NCBI GenBank assembly: GCA_963842695.1
Contig: CAWJHK010000015.1
Coordinates: 4,834-68,833, forward strand
Direction: 5' to 3'
From: an uncultured Chloroflexia bacterium
GTDB lineage: Bacteria; Chloroflexota; Limnocylindria; Limnocylindrales; CSP1-4
DNA: 64,000 bases
The notes beneath the pieces are model-generated. The model was not told the DNA's origin, made no database searches, and saw only the letters and a program-made list of their open reading frames with translations. Below, piece after piece: positions 1-8,912 of the stretch. A program made the translations under genes and the position numbers. How positions within the stretch are numbered: the first letter of the stretch is position 1; each line of letters starts with the position of its first letter.

Positions 1-135
1 GCCGCCCTCCTCAACGGAATGCGAACGGCGACCCTGTGGGCGCGCACGCCCGGCCGGGTCGCGAGCGTGCCCGCAGACGCGCTCGATCCGCAGGCGCTCG
101 GCAGCCTCGCCGCGACGCGTCGACAGCGGGAGTAG
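1..135 (+). CDS. 3' end of an unidentified CDS entering from the left window edge
   Basis: Frame 1 is open from base 1 to TAG 133-135, with GC-rich third positions (...RTATLWARTPGRVASVPADALDPQALGSLAATRRQRE*). No family recognised. It is absent from the ORF track because it has no start in the window. Confidence 0.25.
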   Translation, partial: AALLNGMRTATLWARTPGRVASVPADALDPQALGSLAATRRQRE

Positions 136-144
136 GCGCCGCCC

Positions 145-1158
145 TTACGGCTTGGGGTGCGCCTCGAAGAAGTCCAGGACGGTAGTCGGGAACGCGTCGG
201 AGAGGTCCGGGCCATGCCCGCCGTTCGGGATCGTCCAGAGCTCGACCGCGCCGCCGGGTCGGCAGCCCGCCCATCGTTTCACCGTGGACTCGGCCGGCGA
301 GCCGTCGATGACCACGCCGGCGTCGAGATCCAGGCGCTCCGCCACGACCGACGCCTTCGCACAGCCGTCGGAAGTCGCCCAGCTTTCGACCGTTGCCTCG
401 GCGCCGGGATACGCCGCCATCGCAGCGCCTGGGCTCAGGTCGTTGAGCGTTCCGCCCTCGAAGAGGACGGTGTCATCGTCCGTGCCGTGGATCTCGACCA
501 CAGCGACCGGAGCCGCGGGAGCGCAGTCCGCAGGCTTCGCGAACGTAGCACCGGCCAGGCTGATGATCGCGGCGACCTGGTCGGCGTGCCCGCATGCCAT
601 CCGGTGGGCCATGAAGCCTCCGTTCGAATGACCGATCAGGTCGATGCGCTTCGGATCGACTGACAGCGACTTGCCGATCTCCGTGATGACGCCGGACAGG
701 TACGCCGCGTCGTCGACCCCGGTCCGATGGAGATCGCAACACGCGTCGGTCGCGTTCCAGAACCGGTTTCCGTCGGTGTCGAAGGTTCCGTCCGGATAGG
801 CGTACAGGAAGCCGCGCTCCTCCACCAGCGTTCCGAGGTCGAAATAGGCGTCGTGGTCGAGCCCCGACGAGCCGTAACCGTGGAGAAGGATGAGCAGCGG
901 CGCCGGCCGCTTTGGGTCGTACCCGCTCGGGACGTGGACCTTCACGGGCCGATCGCCTCCCACCACGATGTCCGCGACGTGGGACGCGCCGGCGGAGGCC
1001 GAGGGGCGGGTCGCGGCTGTGGCAGCCGGGGTCGGGGCGATGCTCGATGGGCCAGAGGTGGAGGCAGGCGTCGTCACCGGCGGCGCGCTCGGCCCCGACG
1101 GACCCGAGCAGGCGACGAGCAGCCCGGCAGCCAGTCCCAGGATCGCTCGGGTCTTCAC
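145..1158 (-). CDS. Secreted lipoprotein esterase, PHB-depolymerase/LpqC-like alpha/beta hydrolase
   Basis: Signal peptide with lipobox (GLLVAC|SG), a Pro/Ser/Ala linker, LLILLHGYGSSG and the nucleophile elbow GHSNGG. GTG start at 1158. Confidence 0.8.
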   Translation of the reverse strand: MKTRAILGLAAGLLVACSGPSGPSAPPVTTPASTSGPSSIAPTPAATAATRPSASAGASHVADIVVGGDRPVKVHVPSGYDPKRPAPLLILLHGYGSSGLDHDAYFDLGTLVEERGFLYAYPDGTFDTDGNRFWNATDACCDLHRTGVDDAAYLSGVITEIGKSLSVDPKRIDLIGHSNGGFMAHRMACGHADQVAAIISLAGATFAKPADCAPAAPVAVVEIHGTDDDTVLFEGGTLNDLSPGAAMAAYPGAEATVESWATSDGCAKASVVAERLDLDAGVVIDGSPAESTVKRWAGCRPGGAVELWTIPNGGHGPDLSDAFPTTVLDFFEAHPKP

Positions 1159-1220
1159 TCGCCTTGCATCATCGGCCGGTCGTCAAGACATGCGGTTCGA
1201 CCGATCGTCGTCGCCCGGCC

Positions 1221-1248
1221 TTGACAGGTTGCCGACTATACGTATACT
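1221..1248 (+). promoter_or_regulatory. Sigma-70-type promoter TTGACA-N16-TATACT for a leaderless EXLDI transcript
   Basis: TTGACA at 1221-1226 and TATACT at 1243-1248. The ATG at 1256 lies only 7 nt after the -10 element and has no Shine-Dalgarno. Confidence 0.5.
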
Positions 1249-1255
1249 CCTACAT

Positions 1256-1811
1256 ATGGTCGATGCAGAAGTCGGGAGATACGATGCACACGTGCCGAAC
1301 AAGACGATCTACGTCTCGCAGGGAGACCTTCCGCTCTATCAGCGAGCGCAGGAGCTCGCCGGCGACAACCTCTCCGCTGCCATCTCCGCGGCGCTCAAGC
1401 GCTTCGTCGACATCGAGGAAGGGAAGCGGGAGGGCTACGACGAGATCCACGTCCGAGTGGGAACGGGCAAGGGCCGCAAGGTTCGGTTCACCGCGATCCT
1501 CCTGGGCGAGTGGGCGAACACGAACAACAGCGGCGTTCGAGCGGTTCCGTGTCTGGCGCGGCCGGACCGGCAAGTACGTCGTCCACGTCGAGCGGAGCGC
1601 CGGCTTCACGATGGTCGACCAGGACGGCAAGGCCGCCGGCTGGCGCGGGTATCTCGGCATCGGAAACCTCAGCTACGGCAGCAGCGCCGCCCAGGCGAGC
1701 CTCGAGGTCGTCGAGTCACTCGACGAGCTTCAGGAACGCATCCCGCCACAGCTCTACGACATGGTCGCCCGCGCACCCGGAGAGCCGGAGTTCGAGGACC
1801 TCGACGTCTGA
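1256..1811 (+). pseudogene. EXLDI-family protein (uncharacterised actinobacterial family), one frame break near 1535
   Basis: The N-terminal half (MVDAEVGRYDAHVPNKTIYVSQGDLPLYQRAQELAGDNLSAAISAALKRFVDIEEGKREGYDEIHVRVG..) is in the frame of ORF 890..2071. The C-terminal half (..FRVWRGRTGKYVVHVERS..SLDELQERIPPQLYDMVARAPGEPEFEDLDV*) is in the frame of ORF 912..1811. The E-x-LD-[IV] tail and the position beside an ABC pair match my recollection of TIGR04342. Confidence 0.7.
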
Positions 1812-1841
1812 CCCTCGGCCCGCGATCGGGCGGGGAGGGGA

Positions 1842-2805
1842 GTGATGTCGACCACCGACACCCGGCCGGCGATCCGCACGGTCGGCCTCCGCAAGTCCTA
1901 CGGCAAGCAGGTCGTCCTCGACGGCATCGACCTCGAGATCGCAGAGGGCACCGTCTTCGCGCTTCTCGGGCCGAATGGGGCGGGCAAGACGACGACGGTC
2001 CACATCCTGTCGACCCTGACGGCCGCCGACGGCGGCGACGCGCAGGTCGGGGGCCACGACGTCGCCCGTGAGCCCGACGCGGTTCGTGCGGTCATCGGCC
2101 TGACCGGCCAGTTCTCGGCGGTCGATGCACTGTTCACCGGCGAGGAGAACCTGCAGCTGATGGCCGACCTGCGCCACCTCGGCAAGGCCGAGGGCCGTCG
2201 ACGGGTCGGCGAGCTGCTCGAGCGGTTCGATCTCGTCGACGCCGCGAAGAAGCCGGTCTCGACCTATTCGGGCGGCATGAAGCGGCGGCTCGACCTGGCG
2301 ATGACGCTCGTCGGCGACCCCCGGATCATCTTCCTCGACGAGCCGACGGCAGGCCTCGATCCCCGGAGCCGACGGGTCATGTGGGACATCATCCGCGGTC
2401 TCGTGGGGCGAGGCGTGACGATCTTCCTGACGACCCAGTACCTCGACGAGGCGGATCGTCTGGCGCATCGGATCGCCGTCCTCGACAAGGGACGGCTCGT
2501 CGCGCAAGGGACGCCGAACGAGCTCAAGCGCCTCGTACCGGGCGGTCACGTCCAGCTGGCGTTCGGCGACGCGGCGGCGCTCGAGCAAGCGGCCCGGATC
2601 TTCGAGGAGGGCACCCCCGACGAGGAGGCGCTGACCCTGCAGATTGCCGAACGACGGCGGGATCGGCTCGCTGCGGAGGCTCCTCGATCGGCTCGACGCC
2701 TCGTCGGTCGAGCCCGACGGGCTCTCGGTCCAGACCGCCGATCTCGATGACGTCTTCCTGTCGCTCACGGGCGACCACGAACCGGAGAAGGTGGCTCCAC
2801 GATGA
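1842..2805 (+). pseudogene. ABC transporter ATP-binding protein, DrrA/daunorubicin-resistance type, one frame break near 2648
   Basis: Walker A GPNGAGKTT, signature YSGGMKRRL and Walker B IIFLDEPTAGLD. The last ~50 aa (NDGGIGSLRRLLDRLDASSVEPDGLSVQTADLDDVFLSLTG..) read in the +1 frame. Stop TGA at 2803-2805 overlaps the permease ATG (ATGA). Confidence 0.9.
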
Positions 2806-3595
2806 TCACGTATCCCATCGCCGTGTCCGACACGGCCACGATGCTCCGGCGCAACCTCCGCCGGATGCGCCGGTATCCCTCGCTGACCGTGTTCATCGCC
2901 GGTACGCCGATCGTGTTCCTGCTGATCTTCGTGTTCGTCTTCGGCGGGACCCTCGGAGCCGGCCTGGGCGGCGTGGCCGGCGGCCGCGCCGAGTACATCG
3001 CCTACGTTCTGCCGGGCGTGCTCCTGATCACGGTCGTCGGCGCAGCCCAGGGGACGGCGATCTCGATCGCGATGGACATGTCGGAGGGCATCGTCAACCG
3101 CTTCCGGACGATGGCCGTCGCCCGCTCGTCGGTGCTCGCCGGTCATGTCGTCGGCAGCGTCATCCAGACGATGCTCGCCCTGGCGCTCGTCGCTCATCGT
3201 CGCCGTGCTGATCGGGTTCCGACCGACCACGGGTCCGGTCGAGTGGCTCGCGGCGGCCGGCCTCCTGGTCCTCGCAGCTCTCGCCGTGTCCTGGCTATCG
3301 GTCGCGATGGGCATGTCGACCAAGAGCGTCGAGACGGCCAGCAACCTGCCGATCTTCCTGATCCTGCTGCCGTTCCTGAGCAGCGGCTTCGTCCCGACCG
3401 AATTCGATGCCGGACGGGCTGAGCTGGTTCGCCGAGAACCAGCCGTTCACGCCGGTCATCGAGACGGTCCGCGGGCTGCTGATGGGCACGCCGATCGGTA
3501 ACAGCGGCATCGTCGCCATCGCCTGGTGTGTCGCGATCTCGGTCGTCGGCTACCTGTGGGCGACACGCCTCTACGAGCGCGATCGCGCGAGCTAG
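2802..3595 (+). pseudogene. ABC-2 type (DrrB-like) transporter permease, frame breaks near 3190 and 3405
   Basis: Three consecutive hydrophobic pieces lie in ORFs 2802.., 3145.. and 3407... They read MITYPIAVSDTATMLRRNLRRMRRYPSLTVFIAGTPIVFLLIF.., then ..LIVAVLIGFRPTTGPVEWLAAAGLLVLAALAVSWLSVAMGM..PFLSSGFVPTE, then ..MPDGLSWFAENQPFTPVIETVRGLL... Confidence 0.8.
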
Positions 3596-3960
3596 GACGA
3601 AGCCGGCTTCGACCGCAGGCGCGCCGGGGCGCGGCACCGCCAGGCGTCGGTGATCACGGTCTCGAGCGTCGCGACATCGATGGCGGGCAGCCGGACGAGG
3701 ATCGCCGGATAGCCGTTGTAATGCGGCTCGGTGAAGAACACCGTCGGGTCGAGGTCGATGAGGATCTCCTTCTCGGACTCGTGGGCCACACGAACGGCGA
3801 TCACATCCGGGTTCGGGACGCGCGCCTTCTTCGGGTCGACGCGCTCCATCCAGGTCCACGAGATCGGCTTGCCGGCGACCGAGTAGCTCGAACCGGTCTC
3901 GTCCCCGGTCGTCTCCGGCAGAGACGATGCGATCCGCCGGAGGTCTTCGCGTGTCGCCAT
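3592..3960 (-). CDS. MmcQ/YjbR-family (putative DNA-binding) protein
   Basis: 122 aa. The pattern LRRIASSLPETTGDE...KPISWTWMERV...VAHESEKEILIDLDPTVFFTEPHYNGYPAILVRL is typical of YjbR-like proteins as I recall them. Confidence 0.55.
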   Translation of the reverse strand: MATREDLRRIASSLPETTGDETGSSYSVAGKPISWTWMERVDPKKARVPNPDVIAVRVAHESEKEILIDLDPTVFFTEPHYNGYPAILVRLPAIDVATLETVITDAWRCRAPARLRSKPASS

Positions 3961-3980
3961 GCCCCGTCCGTGGACCGGGC

Positions 3981-4952
3981 TCAGGCCCCGGCGTGAACCG
4001 GAGACGGCAATTCACCGGCGACCAGGGCCAGTAGCTCACCGACCATGGCGATCTGCTCGGGCGTCCGGTACATCGCGTTGTTGAACGTGAAGCCCGTGAA
4101 CCCGGCATCGATGTAGGGCCGCAACCCCTCCGCGGCCTTGTCCAAACCACCCACGATCACGAACGGCCTGCGCTCTGCGGGGATGTGCTGCAGGAACGCT
4201 TCGGCCTCCTGGTCCGAGGCGACCACGAACACGGGCGCTCCCATCGTTCGCTCGATGGTCGACGGGTCCCGGCCGATCTCCTCGCAATAGCGTTCGAGGA
4301 CTTCGTTCTTGTGCTTGAGCGCATCGAGACCGATCGAGAACCAGTGCGTCATGTCCGCGTACCTGGCCGCGATCCGGAGCGTTCGCTGTTCGCCGCCGCC
4401 ACCGACGAGGATCGGCGGTCCACCCGGCTGGACGGGTCGCGGGGCGTTGTAGGCCTCCTCGATCCGGTAGTGCTCGCCGTGGAAGGACGGGCGGGCCTCG
4501 GTGAACATTGCCTTGATGATCGCGAGCGCCTCTTCGAGGCGGTCCATGCGGCCACCGATGGCTGGGAACTCGTAGCCGTAGCCCGTGTGCTCGACATCGT
4601 TCCAGGCGGCTCCGAGGCCGAGGATCGCGCGACCGCCGGAGATCGTGTCGAGCGTCGTGGCCTCCTTGGCGAGGAGGGCCGGATTGCGATAGGTGACGCC
4701 CGTCACGAGCGTGCCCAGGCGAACTCGCGACGTCTCGCGCGCCAGGGCAGCGAGCGTGAGCCAGCCCTCGAGCATCGGCTCCTCGGGCCCGCCCACGAGG
4801 GGGATCTGGTACAGGTGGTCCATGACCGTGACCAGGTCGAAGCCCGCGGTCTCGGCGGCCTTCGCCTGCTCGACCACCCTGTCGAAGAGCTGCTCCGGCG
4901 GGGTGTCGGGGTGGGAATAGCTGGGTAGGTGGAGTCCGAACCAGACGCTCAT
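3981..4952 (-). CDS. LLM-class F420-dependent oxidoreductase (luciferase-like monooxygenase family)
   Basis: 323 aa with GFDLVTVMDHL, LEGWLTLAALARETSRVRLGTLVTGVTYRNPALLAKEATTLDTISGGRAILGLGAAW. This is the Rv1855c-like LLM signature. Confidence 0.85.
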   Translation of the reverse strand: MSVWFGLHLPSYSHPDTPPEQLFDRVVEQAKAAETAGFDLVTVMDHLYQIPLVGGPEEPMLEGWLTLAALARETSRVRLGTLVTGVTYRNPALLAKEATTLDTISGGRAILGLGAAWNDVEHTGYGYEFPAIGGRMDRLEEALAIIKAMFTEARPSFHGEHYRIEEAYNAPRPVQPGGPPILVGGGGEQRTLRIAARYADMTHWFSIGLDALKHKNEVLERYCEEIGRDPSTIERTMGAPVFVVASDQEAEAFLQHIPAERRPFVIVGGLDKAAEGLRPYIDAGFTGFTFNNAMYRTPEQIAMVGELLALVAGELPSPVHAGA

Positions 4953-4961
4953 GAGGCAAGC

Positions 4962-5165
4962 CTAGACCCGTCGGCGAATCGATGCCTCCCGGCCCTGGAT
5001 GCGATCGAGGATGAGCTCCAGCCCGACCATGAACCGGTCGTCGATGGGACGCTCGGCCAGCGCCGTGAGGGCCCGGCGATCCCGGCTTGACCCGGCCGAA
5101 AGGGGCAGGCAGATTTCCGGCTGAGATAGTCGACTCTGCGGGGCCGTCTTCGTCGCCTCGGTGAA
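4962..5165 (-). pseudogene. Possible remnant of a TetR-family regulator C-terminus
   Basis: The tail of ORF 4962..5438 reads ..RRALTALAERPIDDRFMVGLELILDRIQG.., resembling the FEFGL..LLDGI ends of actinobacterial TetR proteins. No HTH follows, and the upstream part overlaps the YciI gene. Confidence 0.3.
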
Positions 5166-5201
5166 GGCGGCGTCCAGTCCGTCCCGAGCAAGGAGCCGAA
5201 G

Positions 5202-5564
5202 ATGTCGAAATACCTGCTGGCCGTCCACACGAGCGATGAGGACCTGGCCCGACCGATGAGCCCGGAGGACATGCGTCGCGGCTTCGAGCAGGTCGCCGCA
5301 GTCGAGCGCGAGATGCGGGCCGCGGACGCCCTGCTGTTCAGCGGCCGGCTCCTGCCGACGGACCAGGCCCGGGTGGTGCGGCCCACCAGGCGGCGGGTGA
5401 AGGCGACCGACGGCCCGTACACCGAGACCAAGGAGCATCTCGGCGGCTTCTACATCGTCGAGGCGGCCGACCGCGATGCCGCGCTCGAGTGGGCGACGAA
5501 GGTCAGCCTCGCGATCAACACCCCGATCGAGATCCGGCCGTTCGCCGACGAACCTCCCCGATAG
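5202..5564 (+). CDS. YciI-family (DGPF domain) protein
   Basis: 120 aa, MSKYLLAVHTS..DGPYTETKEHLGGFYIVEAADRDAALEWA. AAGGAG Shine-Dalgarno upstream. Confidence 0.8.
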   Translation: MSKYLLAVHTSDEDLARPMSPEDMRRGFEQVAAVEREMRAADALLFSGRLLPTDQARVVRPTRRRVKATDGPYTETKEHLGGFYIVEAADRDAALEWATKVSLAINTPIEIRPFADEPPR

Positions 5565-5605
5565 GTCGCGTCGGCAGCGACATCGACCGTGCCGGCCGGT
5601 CTGCG

Positions 5606-6400
5606 ATGATCGTGCCCGTGGAGTCGAACCCCAGGCCGCTCGACGGGCGCGTGGCGCTCGTCACCGGTGGTGCGTCGGGCATCGGCCGCGCGATCGCCCG
5701 CGAGCTGGCAGCGCGCGGTGCGCGCGTGGCCGTCGTCGACCTCGACGGCGATGCGGCCGAAGCCGTCGCCGGCGAGCTGCCCGGCGCGCTCGCGCTCGTC
5801 TGTGATGTGTCTGACACGGGCGCGTGCGAGGCCGTCGCTCAGCGGGTCGCAGATGTGCTCGGATCGGTCGACATCCTGGTGAACGACGCCGGCCTCCAGC
5901 ACGTGTCGCCGATCGAGACATTCCCGATCGAGCGCTGGCGCTACCTCGTCGACGTGATGCTGGTCGCGCCGTTCGTGCTGACGCGGGCGGTGCTGCCCGG
6001 GATGCGCGCCCGAGGCTGGGGCAGGATCATCAACCTGGGCTCGATCCACTCGCTCGTCGCGTCACCCAACAAGTCGGCGTACGTCGCGGCGAAGCACGGG
6101 CTGCTCGGCCTGACACGTGCGACCGCGCTCGAGGCCGGTCCCCACGGGATCACGGTCAACGCCATCTGCCCGTCGTTCGCCCGGACACCGCTCGTGGAGC
6201 GCCAGATCGCCGAGCTGGCGGAGACCGAGGGGATGGCGTCCGACGACGTCATCGAGCGCGTGATGCTCGAGCCCGCGGCCGTCCGTCGCCTGGTCGAGCC
6301 CGAGGAGGTCGCGCGCTACGCGGCGTTCCTGTGCTCGGACGACGCCGCCTCGATCACGGGCAGCGCCCAGGTCATCGACGGGGGCTGGACCGCGCGCTAG
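5606..6400 (+). CDS. SDR-family oxidoreductase, 3-hydroxybutyrate dehydrogenase-like
   Basis: TGGASGIGRAIA cofactor motif, NDAG, and catalytic S..YVAAKHG. Start placed at the internal ATG (MIVPVESNPRPLDGRVALVTGG) of ORF 5489..6400. Confidence 0.85.
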   Translation: MIVPVESNPRPLDGRVALVTGGASGIGRAIARELAARGARVAVVDLDGDAAEAVAGELPGALALVCDVSDTGACEAVAQRVADVLGSVDILVNDAGLQHVSPIETFPIERWRYLVDVMLVAPFVLTRAVLPGMRARGWGRIINLGSIHSLVASPNKSAYVAAKHGLLGLTRATALEAGPHGITVNAICPSFARTPLVERQIAELAETEGMASDDVIERVMLEPAAVRRLVEPEEVARYAAFLCSDDAASITGSAQVIDGGWTAR

Positions 6401-6427
6401 CCCGGATCTGGCTGGGGATCTGACCTC

Positions 6428-6456
6428 TTGACAGCGGGCCGTGGCCGGCGTAATAC
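6428..6456 (+). promoter_or_regulatory. Sigma-70-type promoter TTGACA-N17-TAATAC for a leaderless ArsR-SRPBCC transcript
   Basis: TTGACA at 6428-6433 and TAATAC at 6451-6456. The in-frame ATG at 6465 lies 8 nt after the -10 and has no Shine-Dalgarno. Confidence 0.55.
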
Positions 6457-6464
6457 TGTACCCG

Positions 6465-6800
6465 ATGGTTCAGTATCAGCACGTCGACCGAACGCTCGCC
6501 GCCCTGGCGGATCCCACCCGCCGGGCGGTCTTCGAGCGTCTCGGCTCGGGCAGCGCGACCATCACCGAGCTGGCGGAGCCCTTCGGCATGTCGCTGACGG
6601 GGATGAAGAAGCACATCCGCCAGCTCGAGGACGCAGGCCTCGTCACGACCGAGAAGGTGGGTCGGACGCGGATCTGCCGAATCCGACCCAGGCCGCTCGA
6701 CGACCTCGAGGCCTGGATCGACGACTACCGCCGGACGGTGAACGAGCAGCTCGATCGGTTCGGCGAACTCCTCGACCGTACGAAGGGAGAACGACGATGA
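6465..6800 (+). CDS. ArsR/SmtB-family transcriptional regulator
   Basis: LAALADPTRRAVFERLGSGSATITELAEPFGMSLTGMKKHIRQLEDAGLVTTEKVGR is a winged HTH. Stop TGA overlaps the next ATG (ATGA at 6797-6800). Confidence 0.85.
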   Translation: MVQYQHVDRTLAALADPTRRAVFERLGSGSATITELAEPFGMSLTGMKKHIRQLEDAGLVTTEKVGRTRICRIRPRPLDDLEAWIDDYRRTVNEQLDRFGELLDRTKGERR

Positions 6801-7282
6801 CCGTCGAGCAGAAGAACCCTCACCGCGTGATCCTCACCAAGCCCACCGACCTCGAATTTCGCGTGGAGCGCGTGTTCGACCACCCGATCGAGCGGGTCTG
6901 GGCCGCCTACACCGACCCCGAGCTGATCCCGCAGTGGTGGGGCGACAACACCCGGGTCGACCGTCTTGACGTCCGGACCGGTGGCAGCTGGCAATTCATC
7001 GTCGACCAGGGCGGCCAGGAGGCGGCGATCACCGGCGACTTCCTCGAGGTCGACCCGCCGCACCGGATCGTCCAGACCTTCGGGATGGAAGGGCCGTACG
7101 GCGACAGCCATCACCAGACGATCGAGTTCGAGTCGCTCGGCGACCAGACCCACCTCGCGATCACGTCGCGGTTCGCCACGACCGAGGAGCGCGACGGCAT
7201 CCTCGCCTACGGCGCGGAGAAGGGCGCGATCGGCGGCTGGGTCCGCCTGGACGCCGCGCTCAAGGGTCTCGCCGCCGCCTGA
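6797..7282 (+). CDS. SRPBCC/AHSA1-domain protein
   Basis: 161 aa, ..EFRVERVFDHPIERVWAAYTDPELIPQWWG..RIVQTFGMEG... A classic ArsR-AHSA1 gene pair with translational coupling. Confidence 0.8.
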   Translation: MTVEQKNPHRVILTKPTDLEFRVERVFDHPIERVWAAYTDPELIPQWWGDNTRVDRLDVRTGGSWQFIVDQGGQEAAITGDFLEVDPPHRIVQTFGMEGPYGDSHHQTIEFESLGDQTHLAITSRFATTEERDGILAYGAEKGAIGGWVRLDAALKGLAAA

Positions 7283-7333
7283 CATCGACAGACACCAGCC
7301 ATCCCCATCGACCCAGTGGAAGGGAGCACCGAG

Positions 7334-7789
7334 ATGAGCACCGAGCAGAAGACCAAGAAGTCGGCCGCGAAGACCGACACGACCAACGTGTGGTCCGACG
7401 ATGAGCGGTCCGCGATGCAGGAGCGCGCCAGGGAGCTGAAGGCGGACGCGAAGAAGGCGGACATGGAGAACGATCTCCTCGCGAAGATCGCCGACATGCC
7501 GGAACCGGATCGGGTCATGGCCGAGCGGATCCATGCCATCGTCACGGCCACAGCACCGGGCCTCACGCCGAAGACCTGGTACGGGATGCCTGCCTGGGCC
7601 AAGGGCGACAAGCTCATCTGCTTCTTCAAGGCCGCCGACAAGTTCAAGTCGCGCTACGCCACGTTCGGCTTCGAGGAGACGGCGGCCCTTGACGACGGCA
7701 GCATGTGGGCGACCTCGTGGGCCCTGACGAAGCTGACCGCCGCGGACGAGGCGAAGATCGCCGCGCTCGTGAAGAAGGCGGCGAGCTGA
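7334..7789 (+). CDS. DUF1801/YdhG-like protein
   Basis: ..TWYGMPAWAKGDKLICFFKAADKFKSRYATFGF... GGAAGGGAG Shine-Dalgarno 7 nt before the ATG at 7334. Confidence 0.6.
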   Translation: MSTEQKTKKSAAKTDTTNVWSDDERSAMQERARELKADAKKADMENDLLAKIADMPEPDRVMAERIHAIVTATAPGLTPKTWYGMPAWAKGDKLICFFKAADKFKSRYATFGFEETAALDDGSMWATSWALTKLTAADEAKIAALVKKAAS

Positions 7790-7891
7790 GAGCAGCATCA
7801 CCCTGGACGCCCAGGGGTCGGGTGGCGGCCTGCGGCCAAGCGGCCATACTGGTCGTCACCCGCGAGATGGAGCGCGAAAGGGGAGGCAGCC

Positions 7892-8341
7892 ATGGCAAAT
7901 CTCGTCGTCCATTTCGAGATCCACGCTTCGGAGCCGCAGAAGCTCATCGACTACTACTCGAAGCTCCTCGGCTGGACATTCCAGGACTACGGAAGCAGCG
8001 AGCAGCCCTACTGGGTCATCGACACCGGCGAGGGCTCGATCGGCAACGTGGCCGGCAAGCCCGGTCTTGGGATCAACGGCGGCCTGACCCAGCGTCAGGG
8101 GCTGCGTCCCGACGTCGGTGCGCCGGTCAACGGCTGCAACATCGTCGTCGGCGTCGATGACGTCGACGGGCTGATGGCGCGCGGCATCGAGCTCGGCGGG
8201 ACCGAGGCGCTGCCGGCGACCGACTGGCCGGGCATCGGCCGTGGCGGCTACCTGCTCGATCCCGACGGCAACGTCTTCGGCCTGATCTCGCCGGTCCTCT
8301 CCGACGGGACGGTCGCCATGGCCGCTGGCGCCTCGGCATAG
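7892..8341 (+). CDS. VOC-family (glyoxalase/bleomycin-resistance fold) protein
   Basis: MANLVVHFEIHASEPQKLIDYYSKLLGWTF...GRGGYLLDPDGNVFGLI. AGGGGAGG Shine-Dalgarno. Confidence 0.75.
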   Translation: MANLVVHFEIHASEPQKLIDYYSKLLGWTFQDYGSSEQPYWVIDTGEGSIGNVAGKPGLGINGGLTQRQGLRPDVGAPVNGCNIVVGVDDVDGLMARGIELGGTEALPATDWPGIGRGGYLLDPDGNVFGLISPVLSDGTVAMAAGASA

Positions 8342-8458
8342 CCTGTCTGCGAGGCTTCCGCCGCCGCAGCAGAGGAGGGCAGGACCACGGAGTCCAAACG
8401 ATCGCCGTTCCTGCCTCCGCGCTGGTTCATCCGGGGCGCCTGGGCGGTCCACCGTGCC

Positions 8459-8857
8459 GTGTATTCGGTGAGCGGGGGCCGGCTCGGCCTCCGGCCGGCG
8501 ACGGCGAAGACCTACGGGACGATGCGACTCCACACCACCGGGCGGCGAACCGGTGCGAAGAGGGTGGCGATGCTCGGCTACTTCGAGGACGGACCGAACC
8601 TCTTCACGCTCGCCATGAACGGCTGGGGAGAGCCGGAACCGGCGTGGTGGCTCAACCTCCAGGCCGACCCCGACGCCATGCTCGAGCTGCCCGATGGAAC
8701 CCGCGACGTGCGGGCACGGATAGCGAGCGGCGATGAGCGTGTCCGGTTGTGGGCCGAGATGAAACGGCGCGAGCCGAACCTCGATGGCTACGCCGCCCGG
8801 CGATCGCGCGAGACCGCCGTCGTCGTGTTCGAGCCTCGTCCTTCTCAGCAGGGCTGA
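8459..8857 (+). CDS. Deazaflavin (F420H2)-dependent nitroreductase family (DDN/PF04075-like), N-terminus unresolved
   Basis: ..LHTTGRRTGAKRVAMLGYFEDGPNLFTLAMNGWGEPEPAWWLNLQADPDA... Family-like sequence (PPRWFIRGAWAVHRAVY) continues upstream of the first GTG, back to about 8387. See the related finding. Confidence 0.7.
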   Translation: MYSVSGGRLGLRPATAKTYGTMRLHTTGRRTGAKRVAMLGYFEDGPNLFTLAMNGWGEPEPAWWLNLQADPDAMLELPDGTRDVRARIASGDERVRLWAEMKRREPNLDGYAARRSRETAVVVFEPRPSQQG

Positions 8858-8912
8858 CGCCCCGCGTCCACGTGTTCCGGCACGACCGGCGGCTCTCTTA
8901 CCATGGGCAGCC

